From the NCBI RefSeq assembly GCF_003334815.1, contig NZ_QOWO01000023.1: DNA of 64,000 nt; one strand, given 5' to 3'. Of this stretch, positions 20,013 through 32,411 are shown piece by piece. Within the stretch, counting starts at the first letter, position 1, and every line of letters starts with the position of its first letter. A model generated the notes under the pieces. The model worked only from the letters and a program-made list of their open reading frames with translations. It did no database searches and had not been told where the DNA came from. Both the position numbers and the translations under genes were made by a program. The DNA comes from Escherichia coli (GTDB taxonomy: Bacteria > Pseudomonadota > Gammaproteobacteria > Enterobacterales > Enterobacteriaceae).

Positions 20013-20708
20013 TCAGGCGAATCCCGGACGTAACACACCATCCGGAAAATTCTCCGCCAGCAGTTTTTTTACCGATACCAGCAAATCATTCAGCCCATCG
20101 TCCTGCATTCCCAGTTTGATAAGCTCCTGTTCCAGTGAAAACAGGTATTGTGCGTTGGTTCCCAGCGGACCGCTCGCCGCCGCAATCAACGGCGCGATGA
20201 CCTGAGCGCGAGTATCAGATTCATATTCTGGATGTCGCGGGTCCATAATAAACACAATGGCGTTTACTGTGCGTCCATCATCAAGATCAAGCTGACACCA
20301 GGTTGGCAGATAACAGCCGGTAATCATCTCTCGCTTCCACAACAGGGTTAGTTCCTGCTCCAGCGTCTCTTCTGGCAGTCGATAGGCGACGCCTGTGGTG
20401 CGTCCGCCCTCTTTCAGTGCAAGCATCCGTCCCGGCTGGTGCGCAGTCCCGCGCCCGGCGGTCAGGCGCAGGCAAAATGCGCGATGCCATCCAACCAGTG
20501 TACCGGTGCACGATTCGGTAAACTCCAGTGCCGGATTCCACATCAACGATCCATAGCCGAAGATCCACACCGGTCCCTCATCAGGTCGACAAGCCAGCGT
20601 CGCCGCCAGCGAAGCCGCCCGTTGTTCTGCTGACCATAAGAGTGATTCTTCAATGGCACCAAATGCCGTTTTACAATCGGCATTCATCAAGAAATCACGC
20701 GTTATCAC
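20013..20708 (-). CDS. chaC: glutathione-specific gamma-glutamylcyclotransferase ChaC
   Basis: GTG at 20708 gives 231 aa as in K-12; track ORF begins at an upstream TTG (20744); ATG at 20729 is an alternative. Confidence 0.8.
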   Translation of the reverse strand: MITRDFLMNADCKTAFGAIEESLLWSAEQRAASLAATLACRPDEGPVWIFGYGSLMWNPALEFTESCTGTLVGWHRAFCLRLTAGRGTAHQPGRMLALKEGGRTTGVAYRLPEETLEQELTLLWKREMITGCYLPTWCQLDLDDGRTVNAIVFIMDPRHPEYESDTRAQVIAPLIAAASGPLGTNAQYLFSLEQELIKLGMQDDGLNDLLVSVKKLLAENFPDGVLRPGFA

Positions 20709-20865
20709 CTTACACCTCCGCCACTGCATACTTCCCTGCGACAACTTTTTGGTGTCTTCCGGACATTTTTACTGCTCATTTTGAAACCACTAACGGGACA
20801 ATATGCAATCCACGGACCACTTGCAAGGCAACACCGCACGAATAGCTTTAACTAAGCGACCGGTT

Positions 20866-21096
20866 TTACGATTTTTTATGCCATTTATCATCATCCCCTT
20901 TGGCATATTCATGCTTCACAGCAGCCCAGGCCACTTTATGCGCGGTTTCTTCGCGACTGACGTCATCACGCCGATCTTCTTTATCTTTATATTGATCCCA
21001 TGCGCTGTTGAACGCTTCTTTATAGATATCCTGGGCATGAGACGGTAGAACGTGCTTTACGCTTTCCGGCAGATCGCTTTTCGTTTTATACGGCAT
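20866..21096 (-). CDS. chaB: cation transport regulator ChaB
   Basis: 76-aa ORF, ATG start; recognised ChaB. Confidence 0.92.
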   Translation of the reverse strand: MPYKTKSDLPESVKHVLPSHAQDIYKEAFNSAWDQYKDKEDRRDDVSREETAHKVAWAAVKHEYAKGDDDKWHKKS

Positions 21097-21365
21097 CGTT
21101 GACTCCTTTTACAAAGTTGAACATTAAGTGTGGTCAACAATATCTACTCTTGCCAAAACATAAGAATTTTCAGGTCAGACTCTTCTTAAGAAACGCTAAA
21201 ACAAACATTGTCTAAACGTAATACTTATTTTTATGCCCCAATGAGTAAAAAATCGACAGCGGGGTAAAAATTCGTAAAATGTTACCGATATCCAGACACT
21301 TTCTGTTATTTTTCCTACCTATTTTTTACATTTTCGATAAATTCATCTGCAAAGGGATAACCATA

Positions 21366-22466
21366 ATGTCAAATGCTCAAGAGGCGGTAAAAACCCGCCA
21401 CAAGGAGACTTCGCTTATTTTCCCGGTTCTGGCGCTGGTAGTGCTGTTCCTGTGGGGAAGCAGCCAGACACTACCAGTGGTCATTGCCATCAATCTTCTT
21501 GCGCTTATTGGTATTTTAAGTAGCGCCTTTAGTGTTGTCCGTCATGCGGACGTATTAGCCCATCGCCTGGGAGAACCTTACGGTTCGCTTATTCTTAGCC
21601 TTTCAGTGGTTATTCTTGAAGTCAGTTTGATTTCAGCTTTAATGGCAACCGGCGACGCCGCGCCAACGCTAATGCGTGATACGCTCTATTCAATCATTAT
21701 GATTGTTACCGGTGGGCTGGTTGGCTTTTCATTATTGTTGGGCGGTCGTAAGTTTGCCACCCAATATATGAATCTGTTTGGTATCAAGCAGTATTTAATT
21801 GCGCTGTTCCCCCTGGCGATAATCGTACTGGTATTTCCAATGGCTCTGCCTGCGGCGAATTTTTCAACCGGTCAGGCGTTACTGGTAGCATTAATTTCTG
21901 CGGCAATGTATGGCGTATTTTTGCTGATCCAGACCAAAACGCATCAAAGTTTGTTTGTCTACGAGCACGAAGATGACAGTGATGATGACGACCCGCATCA
22001 CGGTAAACCGTCTGCCCATAGCAGCCTGTGGCATGCTATCTGGTTGATTATCCATCTGATTGCCGTTATTGCGGTGACCAAAATGAACGCCAGCTCGCTG
22101 GAGACATTGCTCGACAGCATGAATGCCCCTGTCGCCTTTACTGGCTTCCTGGTGGCACTGTTGATTCTGTCGCCGGAAGGTTTAGGTGCATTAAAAGCAG
22201 TGTTGAACAACCAGGTTCAGCGCGCGATGAATCTGTTCTTTGGTTCAGTGTTAGCAACCATTTCGCTTACCGTACCTGTCGTCACGCTAATTGCCTTTAT
22301 GACGGGTAACGAATTGCAGTTTGCACTTGGTGCGCCAGAAATGGTGGTGATGGTGGCCTCTTTAGTGCTGTGCCATATCTCCTTCTCCACCGGACGTACT
22401 AACGTGCTCAATGGCGCAGCGCATCTGGCACTGTTTGCCGCCTATTTGATGACGATATTTGCCTGA
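21366..22466 (+). CDS. chaA: Na+(K+)/H+ and Ca2+/H+ antiporter ChaA
   Basis: 366 aa from ATG at 21366 (MSNAQEAVKTRHKETS...); track ORF has a 29-codon upstream extension. Confidence 0.93.
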   Translation: MSNAQEAVKTRHKETSLIFPVLALVVLFLWGSSQTLPVVIAINLLALIGILSSAFSVVRHADVLAHRLGEPYGSLILSLSVVILEVSLISALMATGDAAPTLMRDTLYSIIMIVTGGLVGFSLLLGGRKFATQYMNLFGIKQYLIALFPLAIIVLVFPMALPAANFSTGQALLVALISAAMYGVFLLIQTKTHQSLFVYEHEDDSDDDDPHHGKPSAHSSLWHAIWLIIHLIAVIAVTKMNASSLETLLDSMNAPVAFTGFLVALLILSPEGLGALKAVLNNQVQRAMNLFFGSVLATISLTVPVVTLIAFMTGNELQFALGAPEMVVMVASLVLCHISFSTGRTNVLNGAAHLALFAAYLMTIFA

Positions 22467-22757
22467 CAGTTATATCTCCTCCGATGACGGTAATCGGGGG
22501 AGATAATATAAATTCCTGCTTATTGTATTTCTTCATACTACCTGGACAGGTCGTTAATCAGAATTGCGAGCCTGTACCACACCCTGCACGAAACCACTGC
22601 AACAGCTGTTGAAAAGCCGGAATGTACTCTTCATTGCAAACATTTCAGGGATGAAGTGAAGATGAATTGCGACGTAGTATCCACACCAAGCCGGCGTTAT
22701 CCGGTGAGGCGCAATGTTGCGGGGCTTTATCCCTGGTGGCATTGGTTGCTGGAAAGA

Positions 22758-22826
22758 GAAAACCCCCGCACGTTGAGAGGTAAAACCTGACAACAAAACG
22801 GGGGCTAATCTTGAAACCAGACACTT
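22758..22826 (-). ncRNA. rdlC: Rdl antisense RNA (type I antitoxin), copy C
   Basis: position about 44-110 nt upstream of ldr ATG on opposite strand as recalled for K-12; minus-strand hairpin cccccg...cggggg followed by U-run at 22758; coordinates approximate. Confidence 0.45.
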
Positions 22827-22869
22827 CAAGAATAGCCGCAAAATGTTGTCATTACAACAAGGCGGCTAT

Positions 22870-22977
22870 ATGACGCTCGCGCAGTTTGCCATGATTTTCT
22901 GGCACGACCTGGCAGCACCGATCCTGGCGGGAATTATTACCGCAGCGATTGTCAGCTGGTGGCGTAACCGGAAGTAA
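22870..22977 (+). CDS. ldrC: type I toxin-antitoxin small toxic peptide Ldr (35 aa)
   Basis: ATG..TAA ORF encoding MTLAQFAMIFWHDLAAPILAGIITAAIVSWWRNRK; below the 60-aa cut-off of the ORF track; copy letter assigned from gene order next to chaA. Confidence 0.9.
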   Translation: MTLAQFAMIFWHDLAAPILAGIITAAIVSWWRNRK

Positions 22978-23292
22978 GGTGAAAACGGGCGTCAGGCTGC
23001 CGTGATGGCAATATGCGCCCGAAACCGGCCGCAGGGGTAACAGCCTGCGGCCATTTTTGTCTTTATCTCTTCCACAAGTAAATATTGGCAACCCGAGCTG
23101 GAAGCATCATCCAGAGCACTCATGAAACGACTGCAACAGCTGTTGAAAAGCCGGAATGTACTCTTTATTGCAAACATTTCAGGGATGAAGTGAAGATGAA
23201 TTGAGACGTAGTATCCACACCAAGCCGGAATTATCCGGTGAGGCGCAATGTTGCGGGGGCTTTATCCCTGGTGGCATTGGTTGCTGGAAAGA

Positions 23293-23361
23293 GAAAACCC
23301 CCGCACGTTGAGAGGTAAAACCTGACAACAGAACGGGGGCTAATCTTGAAACCAGACACTT
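23293..23361 (-). ncRNA. rdlB: Rdl antisense RNA, copy B
   Basis: same position in second LDR unit; coordinates approximate. Confidence 0.45.
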
Positions 23362-23404
23362 CAAGAATAGCCGCAAAATGTTGTCATTACAACAAGGCGG
23401 CTAT

Positions 23405-23512
23405 ATGACGCTCGCGCAGTTTGCCATGATTTTCTGGCACGACCTGGCAGCACCGATCCTGGCGGGAATTATTACCGCAGCGATTGTCAGCTGGTGGCGT
23501 AACCGGAAGTAA
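23405..23512 (+). CDS. ldrB: type I toxin Ldr (35 aa)
   Basis: identical 35-aa peptide ORF in second LDR unit. Confidence 0.9.
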   Translation: MTLAQFAMIFWHDLAAPILAGIITAAIVSWWRNRK

Positions 23513-23827
23513 GGTGAAAACGGGCGTCAGGCTGCCGTGATGGCAATATGCGCCCGAAACCGGCCGCAGGGGTAACAGCCTGCGGCCATTTTTGTCTTTA
23601 TCACTTCCACAAGTAAATATTGGCAACCCGAGCTGGAAGCCTCATCCAGAGCACTCATGAAATGACTGTAACAGCTGTTGAAAAACCGGAATGCACTCTT
23701 CATTGCAAACATTTCAGGGATGAAGTGAAGATGAATTGAGTCGTAGTATCCACACCAAGCCGGCGTTATCCGGTGAGGCGCAATGTTGCGGGGGCTTTAT
23801 CCCTGGTGGCATTGGTTGCTGGAAAGA

Positions 23828-23896
23828 GAAAACCCCCGCACGTTGAGAGGTAAAACCTGACAACAGAACGGGGGCTAATCTTGAAACCAGACACTT
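23828..23896 (-). ncRNA. rdlA: Rdl antisense RNA, copy A
   Basis: same position in third LDR unit; coordinates approximate. Confidence 0.45.
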
Positions 23897-23939
23897 CAAG
23901 AATAGCCGCAAAATGTTGTCATTACAACAAGGCGGCTAT

Positions 23940-24047
23940 ATGACGCTCGCGCAGTTTGCCATGATTTTCTGGCACGACCTGGCAGCACCGATCCTGGCGG
24001 GAATTATTACCGCAGCGATTGTCAGCTGGTGGCGTAACCGGAAGTAA
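23940..24047 (+). CDS. ldrA: type I toxin Ldr (35 aa)
   Basis: identical 35-aa peptide ORF in third LDR unit, adjacent to kdsA. Confidence 0.9.
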   Translation: MTLAQFAMIFWHDLAAPILAGIITAAIVSWWRNRK

Positions 24048-24096
24048 GGTGAAAACGGGCGTCAGGCTGCCGTGATGGCAATATGCGCCCGAAACC

Positions 24097-24128
24097 GGCC
24101 GCAGGGGTAACAGCCTGCGGCCTTTTTT
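24097..24128 (+). terminator. intrinsic terminator of the third ldr unit
   Basis: hairpin ggccgcagg...cctgcggcc followed by T6; equivalent hairpins at about 23027..23058 and 23562..23593. Confidence 0.7.
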
Positions 24129-24195
24129 GTATCCGGCACCCATGAAAAAAGTCTTAACGCAGAACGCTAATACTTTATTTTTCAAGCAAAAAAGA

Positions 24196-25059
<864 letters not shown>

Positions 25060-25085
25060 TTAATCTTGAGTAAAATGTCGATTAA

Positions 25086-25895
25086 TTAATGCAGCACAAT
25101 ATGTTTATGCGCGATGTTATTTATTTGCGCACGGATCATTTCGCTGATCGGGTCTTCCGGACACTGTTCAACGAAATAACTTAAATCGTTCAACGCAACG
25201 TGTTCGCAATCCAGTTGCGCATAAATCAACCCGCGATCGCGAATTTCATAGGGATCTTCAGGGTTGAATTGTAATAAAGCTTCGCTGGTGCGTAACGCCA
25301 GCTCCATCTGATTTTCTTCCATCAACGAGGCTTTGAGTGTATCCAGCAATTTGCGGATTACCTCAATGTTATCAGCTTCATCAAGGTCTTCATAAAACAG
25401 TTCCGCCGACGGGCTGATATTTCCCTTTAACCATACGTCCAGCATATGTTCGCTTAACGATTCACCGTTAAAAGGATTAATCAGCCAAATTTCGCCATCC
25501 GGACATTCAATGCGCAATATCAGCTGCGTAGGGAAAATCACCGGCAGCAGCGGCAAATCGAGACGATTCGCGACCCATAATAAAACCGCACCTAATGATA
25601 CCGCACTGCCCTGTCGATTCTTTAACACCTGGTCCAGCCATAATGCATCGGAAAGACGATAAACACCGCGTGAGGCTTTAAATCCCCAGTCGCCGTAAAA
25701 CAGCGCGATCAGTTTTTCCAACTGCTCTTCTAAAGGCAGAAGCTGGCTGATTTCTTCCTTCGCCAGACTAACGAGACGCTCCAGTTCGTCGTAAACATCT
25801 TGCGAGGGAAAATCGCGGCGGATTGCTTCGCAAGCCAGGATCATGCCTTCGCACAATGGCGCTTTATTAAATTCGAAATCAGCTAACGATCTCAT
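25086..25895 (-). CDS. ychA: transglutaminase-like/TPR protein YchA (SirB1)
   Basis: 269-aa ORF, ATG start; operon position between ychQ and kdsA. Confidence 0.9.
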   Translation of the reverse strand: MRSLADFEFNKAPLCEGMILACEAIRRDFPSQDVYDELERLVSLAKEEISQLLPLEEQLEKLIALFYGDWGFKASRGVYRLSDALWLDQVLKNRQGSAVSLGAVLLWVANRLDLPLLPVIFPTQLILRIECPDGEIWLINPFNGESLSEHMLDVWLKGNISPSAELFYEDLDEADNIEVIRKLLDTLKASLMEENQMELALRTSEALLQFNPEDPYEIRDRGLIYAQLDCEHVALNDLSYFVEQCPEDPISEMIRAQINNIAHKHIVLH

Positions 25896-25898
25896 GAC

Positions 25899-26291
25899 TT
25901 ACCCCAGTAACGGTACTTTTGTGGTGGCGAGTTTAATGATGATGTACAGCACCACCAACGCCAGCGGGAAGGCAATAATGCGCGCCTGCTGACTGTGCAT
26001 ACGACGATAATCGAGTGCAATAAAACCCAAAACGATATAAATGATAACTCCAAACAGCTTTTCAGTCAGCCACTGTGCCTGCCCGGAAAATGGCAGGATG
26101 TGCGCTTTAGCCATCAACGCAATGCCGCTTAACAGTAACAGCGTATCGACAACCGGCGGCACAATGCGCGTCCAGCGAGCAAATGCCTGTGGATGCTTCT
26201 GATAACGTAGCCAGAAACGTAAGGTTAATAGCCCAACAGAAAGCGCGATACTAATAAGATGAACACTAAGCAGTGTAGAAAAACTTGTCAT
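25899..26291 (-). CDS. ychQ: inner membrane protein YchQ (SirB2)
   Basis: 130-aa hydrophobic ORF; start overlaps prmC stop (ATGA). Confidence 0.9.
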   Translation of the reverse strand: MTSFSTLLSVHLISIALSVGLLTLRFWLRYQKHPQAFARWTRIVPPVVDTLLLLSGIALMAKAHILPFSGQAQWLTEKLFGVIIYIVLGFIALDYRRMHSQQARIIAFPLALVVLYIIIKLATTKVPLLG

Positions 26292-27121
26292 TGATAATAG
26301 CGGCCGAGCGTTACGCGCTCGTTATCACCATAGTCACGGCAGGTTTCGACGTCATGATACCCCGCGAGGATAAATGCTTGTCGCACCGCTTCGCCCTGCT
26401 GCCAGCCATGTTCCAGAAGCAGAAAGCCGCCGGATACCAGCGCGTTACGCGACTGTTCGATGATATGCACGATGTCTGCCATTCCACTGTCTGCCGCAAC
26501 CAGCGCAGTGAGCGGCTCAAAGCGGACATCGCCTTGTTGAAGATGAGGGTCCTGCTCGTCAATATACGGCGGATTGCTGACAATCATCGCAAACTGCTGC
26601 CCGGCTAGCGCGCTAAACCAGTCGCTTTGCAGAATGTGGATATTTTTGATCGCCAGATGCTGGGCATTACGTTGTGCCAGGGAGACAGCATCAGGCATAC
26701 GATCTACAGCGATAATTTCGCAGTCCGGGCGCTCGCTAGCCAGCGCAAGCGCAATCGCCCCGGTACCCGTCCCGAGATCGAGAATACGGCAAGGTTGTTC
26801 AGGCAACCGCGCCAGTGCCTGCTCCACCAGACACTCCGTATCCGGGCGCGGAATTAAGGTCGCTGGCGAAACAAATAACGGCAACGACCAGAATTCTCGC
26901 ACCCCGGTTAAATGAGCAATGGGTTCACCATCGCGACGACGTGTCAGTAGCGCATCAAGTTGCTGACATTGTTCGTCAGTCAGCTGCGTTTCACCAAAGG
27001 CGAGAATAAAAGTACGCCCTCTGCCGGTAACATGCTCCAGCAGGATTTCAGCATCACGCCGCGGGCTTTCGCTCGCCTGAAGTTGGCTTATTGCTTCACG
27101 TAACCAGTGTTGATATTCCAT
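26288..27121 (-). CDS. prmC: release factor glutamine N5-methyltransferase
   Basis: 277-aa ORF with SAM-binding DLGTGTG and NPPY motifs; 1-nt overlap with prfA stop. Confidence 0.96.
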   Translation of the reverse strand: MEYQHWLREAISQLQASESPRRDAEILLEHVTGRGRTFILAFGETQLTDEQCQQLDALLTRRRDGEPIAHLTGVREFWSLPLFVSPATLIPRPDTECLVEQALARLPEQPCRILDLGTGTGAIALALASERPDCEIIAVDRMPDAVSLAQRNAQHLAIKNIHILQSDWFSALAGQQFAMIVSNPPYIDEQDPHLQQGDVRFEPLTALVAADSGMADIVHIIEQSRNALVSGGFLLLEHGWQQGEAVRQAFILAGYHDVETCRDYGDNERVTLGRYYQ

Positions 27122-28203
27122 TATTCCTGCTCGGACAACGCCGCCAGTTGGTCGGCCTGATGTTCCTGGATAATCGGTTCAATCAGCATATCCAGCTTAC
27201 CTTCCATCACTTCATCCAGGCGGTAGAGCGTCAGGTTGATGCGGTGATCGGTAACGCGCCCCTGCGGGAAGTTGTAAGTACGGTTACGGTCGCTGCGATC
27301 GCCACTCCCCAGCAGGTTACGACGGGTAGACGCTTCGGCCTGTTGGCGTTTTGCCATTTCAGCAGCGTGGATGCGAGCACCGAGAACAGAAAGTGCTTTA
27401 GCTTTGTTTTTATGTTGTGAACGTTCGTCCTGACATTCAACAACAATCCCGGTCGGCAAGTGAGTAATACGAATTGCCGAATCGGTGGTGTTAACGTGCT
27501 GACCACCCGCCCCTGACGAGCGGAAAGTATCAATGCGTAAATCTGCTGGGTTGATGTCCGGCAGTTCTGCGTCAGGCAGTTCTGGCATTACCGCAACGGT
27601 ACAAGCAGAAGTATGAATACGACCCTGCGATTCCGTAGCAGGAACACGTTGCACGCGATGACCGCCGGATTCAAATTTCAGACGACCATACACACCATCA
27701 CCGCTAATTTTGGCGATGATCTCTTTATAACCACCATGTTCACCCTCGCTGGCGCTCATGATTTCTACCCGCCAGCGGCGGGCTTCGGCATAACGGCTGT
27801 ACATACGGAACAGATCGCCCGCGAACAGCGCCGCTTCGTCGCCGCCGGTTCCGGCTCGGACTTCGAGGAAGGCGTTACGTTCGTCATCAGGATCTTTTGG
27901 CAGTAACAGAACCTGTAATTGCTGTTCCAGTTGCTCGCTTTTTTCTTTAGCTTCGCGCAGTTCATCCTGCGCCATCTCACGCATTTCAGGATCATCGAGC
28001 ATCATCTGTGCGGTTTCGATATCTTCCTGAACCTGTTGCCAGTCGGTAAAACAGCGCGAAACATCACTTAACTGCGCATATTCGCGTGATAATGCGCGAA
28101 AACGTTCCTGGTCGGCGATAGTTTGCGCGTCACCCAGCAACGCCTGAACTTCTTCATGGCGTTCATGCAGGGCTTCCAGTTTGGCAACGATAGAAGGCTT
28201 CAT
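27121..28203 (-). CDS. prfA: peptide chain release factor 1
   Basis: 360-aa ORF with GGQ motif (SGAGGQHVN) and PxT-type recognition region; recognised RF1. Confidence 0.97.
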
Positions 28204-28244
28204 AGGCGTAAATGCACCCTGTAAAAAAAGAAAATGATGTACTG

Positions 28245-29501
28245 CTACTCCAGCCCGAGGCTGTCGCGCAGAATATTCAGGCGTTCGTTATCCCCGTCAC
28301 GGGCGGCCTGTTGAAGTGATTTCGTTGGCGCATGGATCAAGCGGTTAGTCAGTTTCCATGCCAGATCCTGCATAATGGCTTGCGCGTCGCCGCCCTGCTC
28401 AAGGGCCGCTAACGCTTTGGCGGTTAACTCATCGCGAACTTGCTCTGCCTGGCTGCGATACTCGCGAATGGTTTCGCTGGCGCTTTGTGCTCGCAGCCAC
28501 GCCATAAATTCGCTGGTTTCCTGAGCGACAATAGTTTCCGCCTCAACCGCTGCGGCTTTACGCTGCGCCAGGTTGTGCGAAATGATGCTTTGCAGATCAT
28601 CAACGCTATAAAGATAAGCATTCGCCAGTTTGCCAACTTCCGGCTCAACATCGCGCGGAACGGCAATATCCACCAACAGCATTGGTTGGTTGCGACGGCT
28701 TTTTAATGCGCGCTCCACCATGCCTTTCCCGATAATCGGTAACGGGCTGGCGGTGGAACTGATGATGATATCGGCTTCGCGCAGACGTTCGTCGATATCA
28801 CTCAGGGCAATCACTTCCGCGCCGACTTCATCTGCCAGAATTTGGGCACGTTCGCGAGTGCGGTTGGCGATAATCATCTTCTGTACTTTGTGTTCGCGCA
28901 GATGACGCGCCACCAGCTCGATAGTTTCGCCCGCGCCTACCAGCAACACTGTGACCGTAGAGAGCGATTCAAAGATCTGCCGCGCCAGCGTACAAGCCGC
29001 AAAAGCGACAGACACAGCGCTGGCACCGATATCTGTTTCAGTGCGAACGCGTTTCGCGACAGAGAAAGATTTCTGGAACATGCGTTCCAGTTCGCTGGCC
29101 TTCATATGACCTTTTTGCGAATCGGCAAACGCTTTTTTAACCTGACCGAGGATCTGCGGCTCCCCCAGAACCAGTGAATCCAGGCCGCTGGCAACACGCA
29201 TTAAATGGCTAACCGCGTCGTTATCCTGATGCCAGTAGAGGCTTTTACGCAGATCTTCTTCATTAAGATTGTGATAATCGCAAAGCCAGCGGATTAACGC
29301 CTCTTGCAGGTTGTCCTGCTCTTCAACGCTAAGATAAAGTTCCGTGCGGTTGCACGTCGACAGCACCACGCCGCCCTGCACCATCGGCTGCGCAAGCAGG
29401 CTGTCAAGCGCCTGATCGAGCTTATCCGGCGAAAACGATACACGTTCTCGCAGCGATACAGGTGCCGTTTTATGGTTGATACCGAGTGCTAAAAGGGTCA
29501 T
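28245..29501 (-). CDS. hemA: glutamyl-tRNA reductase
   Basis: 418 aa from ATG at 29501 ([14 protein letters not shown]...); track ORF carries a 66-codon upstream extension. Confidence 0.95.
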
Positions 29502-29645
29502 GTCTGCGGGAAATAATACCAACGTTGATAGGGTTAGTCTGCTTGCATCATACAGGATGCGTAAGATCAATAAAAGAGAGCGCCCCCTTTTGGAGTAATT
29601 GCCGAAAGCCGTTAGATTCTGGCAATTAAGACAACTTGAACATAG

Positions 29646-30337
<692 letters not shown>

Positions 30338-30338
<1 letters not shown>

Positions 30339-31189
30339 TGCGGACACAGTGGCCCTCTCCGGCAAAACTTAATCTGTTTTTATACATTACCGGTCAGCGT
30401 GCGGATGGTTACCACACGCTGCAAACGCTGTTTCAGTTTCTTGATTACGGCGACACCATCAGCATTGAGCTTCGTGACGATGGGGATATTCGTCTGTTAA
30501 CGCCCGTTGAAGGCGTGGAACATGAAGATAACCTGATCGTTCGCGCAGCGCGATTGTTGATGAAAACTGCGGCAGACAGCGGGCGTCTTCCGACGGGAAG
30601 CGGTGCGAATATCAGCATTGACAAGCGTTTGCCGATGGGCGGCGGTCTCGGCGGTGGTTCATCCAATGCCGCGACGGTCCTGGTGGCATTAAATCATCTC
30701 TGGCAATGCGGGCTAAGCATGGATGAGCTGGCGGAAATGGGGCTGACGCTGGGCGCAGATGTTCCTGTCTTTGTTCGGGGGCATGCCGCGTTTGCCGAAG
30801 GCGTTGGTGAAATACTAACGCCGGTGGATCCGCCAGAGAAGTGGTATCTGGTGGCGCACCCTGGTGTAAGTATTCCGACTCCGGTGATTTTTAAAGATCC
30901 TGAACTCCCGCGCAATACGCCAAAAAGGTCAATAGAAACGTTGCTAAAATGTGAATTCAGCAATGATTGCGAGGTTATCGCAAGAAAACGTTTTCGCGAG
31001 GTTGATGCGGTGCTTTCCTGGCTGTTAGAATACGCCCCGTCGCGCCTGACTGGGACAGGGGCCTGTGTCTTTGCTGAATTTGATACAGAGTCTGAAGCCC
31101 GCCAGGTGCTAGAGCAAGCCCCGGAATGGCTCAATGGCTTTGTGGCGAAAGGCGCTAATCTTTCCCCATTGCACAGAGCCATGCTTTAA
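30338..31189 (+). CDS. ispE: 4-diphosphocytidyl-2-C-methyl-D-erythritol kinase
   Basis: 283-aa ORF with GHMP-kinase motif ([14 protein letters not shown]); start overlaps lolB stop. Confidence 0.96.
30982..30997. promoter_or_regulatory. candidate PurR operator (pur box) for prs
   Basis: aaGAAAACGTTTTCgc, 12/16 match to ACGCAAACGTTTGCGT with a perfect 12-bp palindrome; lies inside ispE about 350 bp upstream of prs. Confidence 0.4.
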
Positions 31190-31213
31190 GCCGGGCAAGC
31201 TGAGTTTCGGTGA

Positions 31214-32287
<1,074 letters not shown>

Positions 32288-32303
32288 TCGAACCCGGCTC
32301 AAA

Positions 32304-32327
32304 GACCCGCTGCGGCGGGTTTTTTTG
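32304..32327 (+). terminator. rho-independent terminator after prs
   Basis: hairpin acccgc-tgcg-gcgggt followed by T7. Confidence 0.75.
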
Positions 32328-32411
32328 TCTGTAATATCCATTTGTATGACCTATGCCTCCTTCACCTGCCATTTAGTTGACAGATGATGCGCTCACGGAT
32401 GAAACATTATT

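Larger units (their letters stand above)
22590..24130 (+). repeat. long direct repeat (LDR) array, three ~535-bp units
   Basis: three diverged tandem units (a few SNPs and a 1-nt indel) each carrying a 35-codon ldr ORF and an intrinsic terminator. Confidence 0.9.

Noticed and set aside
22670-22798. 42-codon ORF in the leader of the first ldr unit (MNCDVVSTPSRRYPVRRNVAGLYPWWHWLLERENPRTLRGKT)
   Set aside because: In the second and third units the same ATG is followed immediately by TGA, so the frame is not conserved between paralogous copies.
22554-24185. Six minus-strand track ORFs (61-95 aa) repeated three times across the LDR array
   Set aside because: Same peptides recur only because the DNA is a tandem repeat; they lie antisense to the ldr mRNAs and partly overlap the rdl region; the real coding genes are the 35-codon ldr ORFs on the plus strand.
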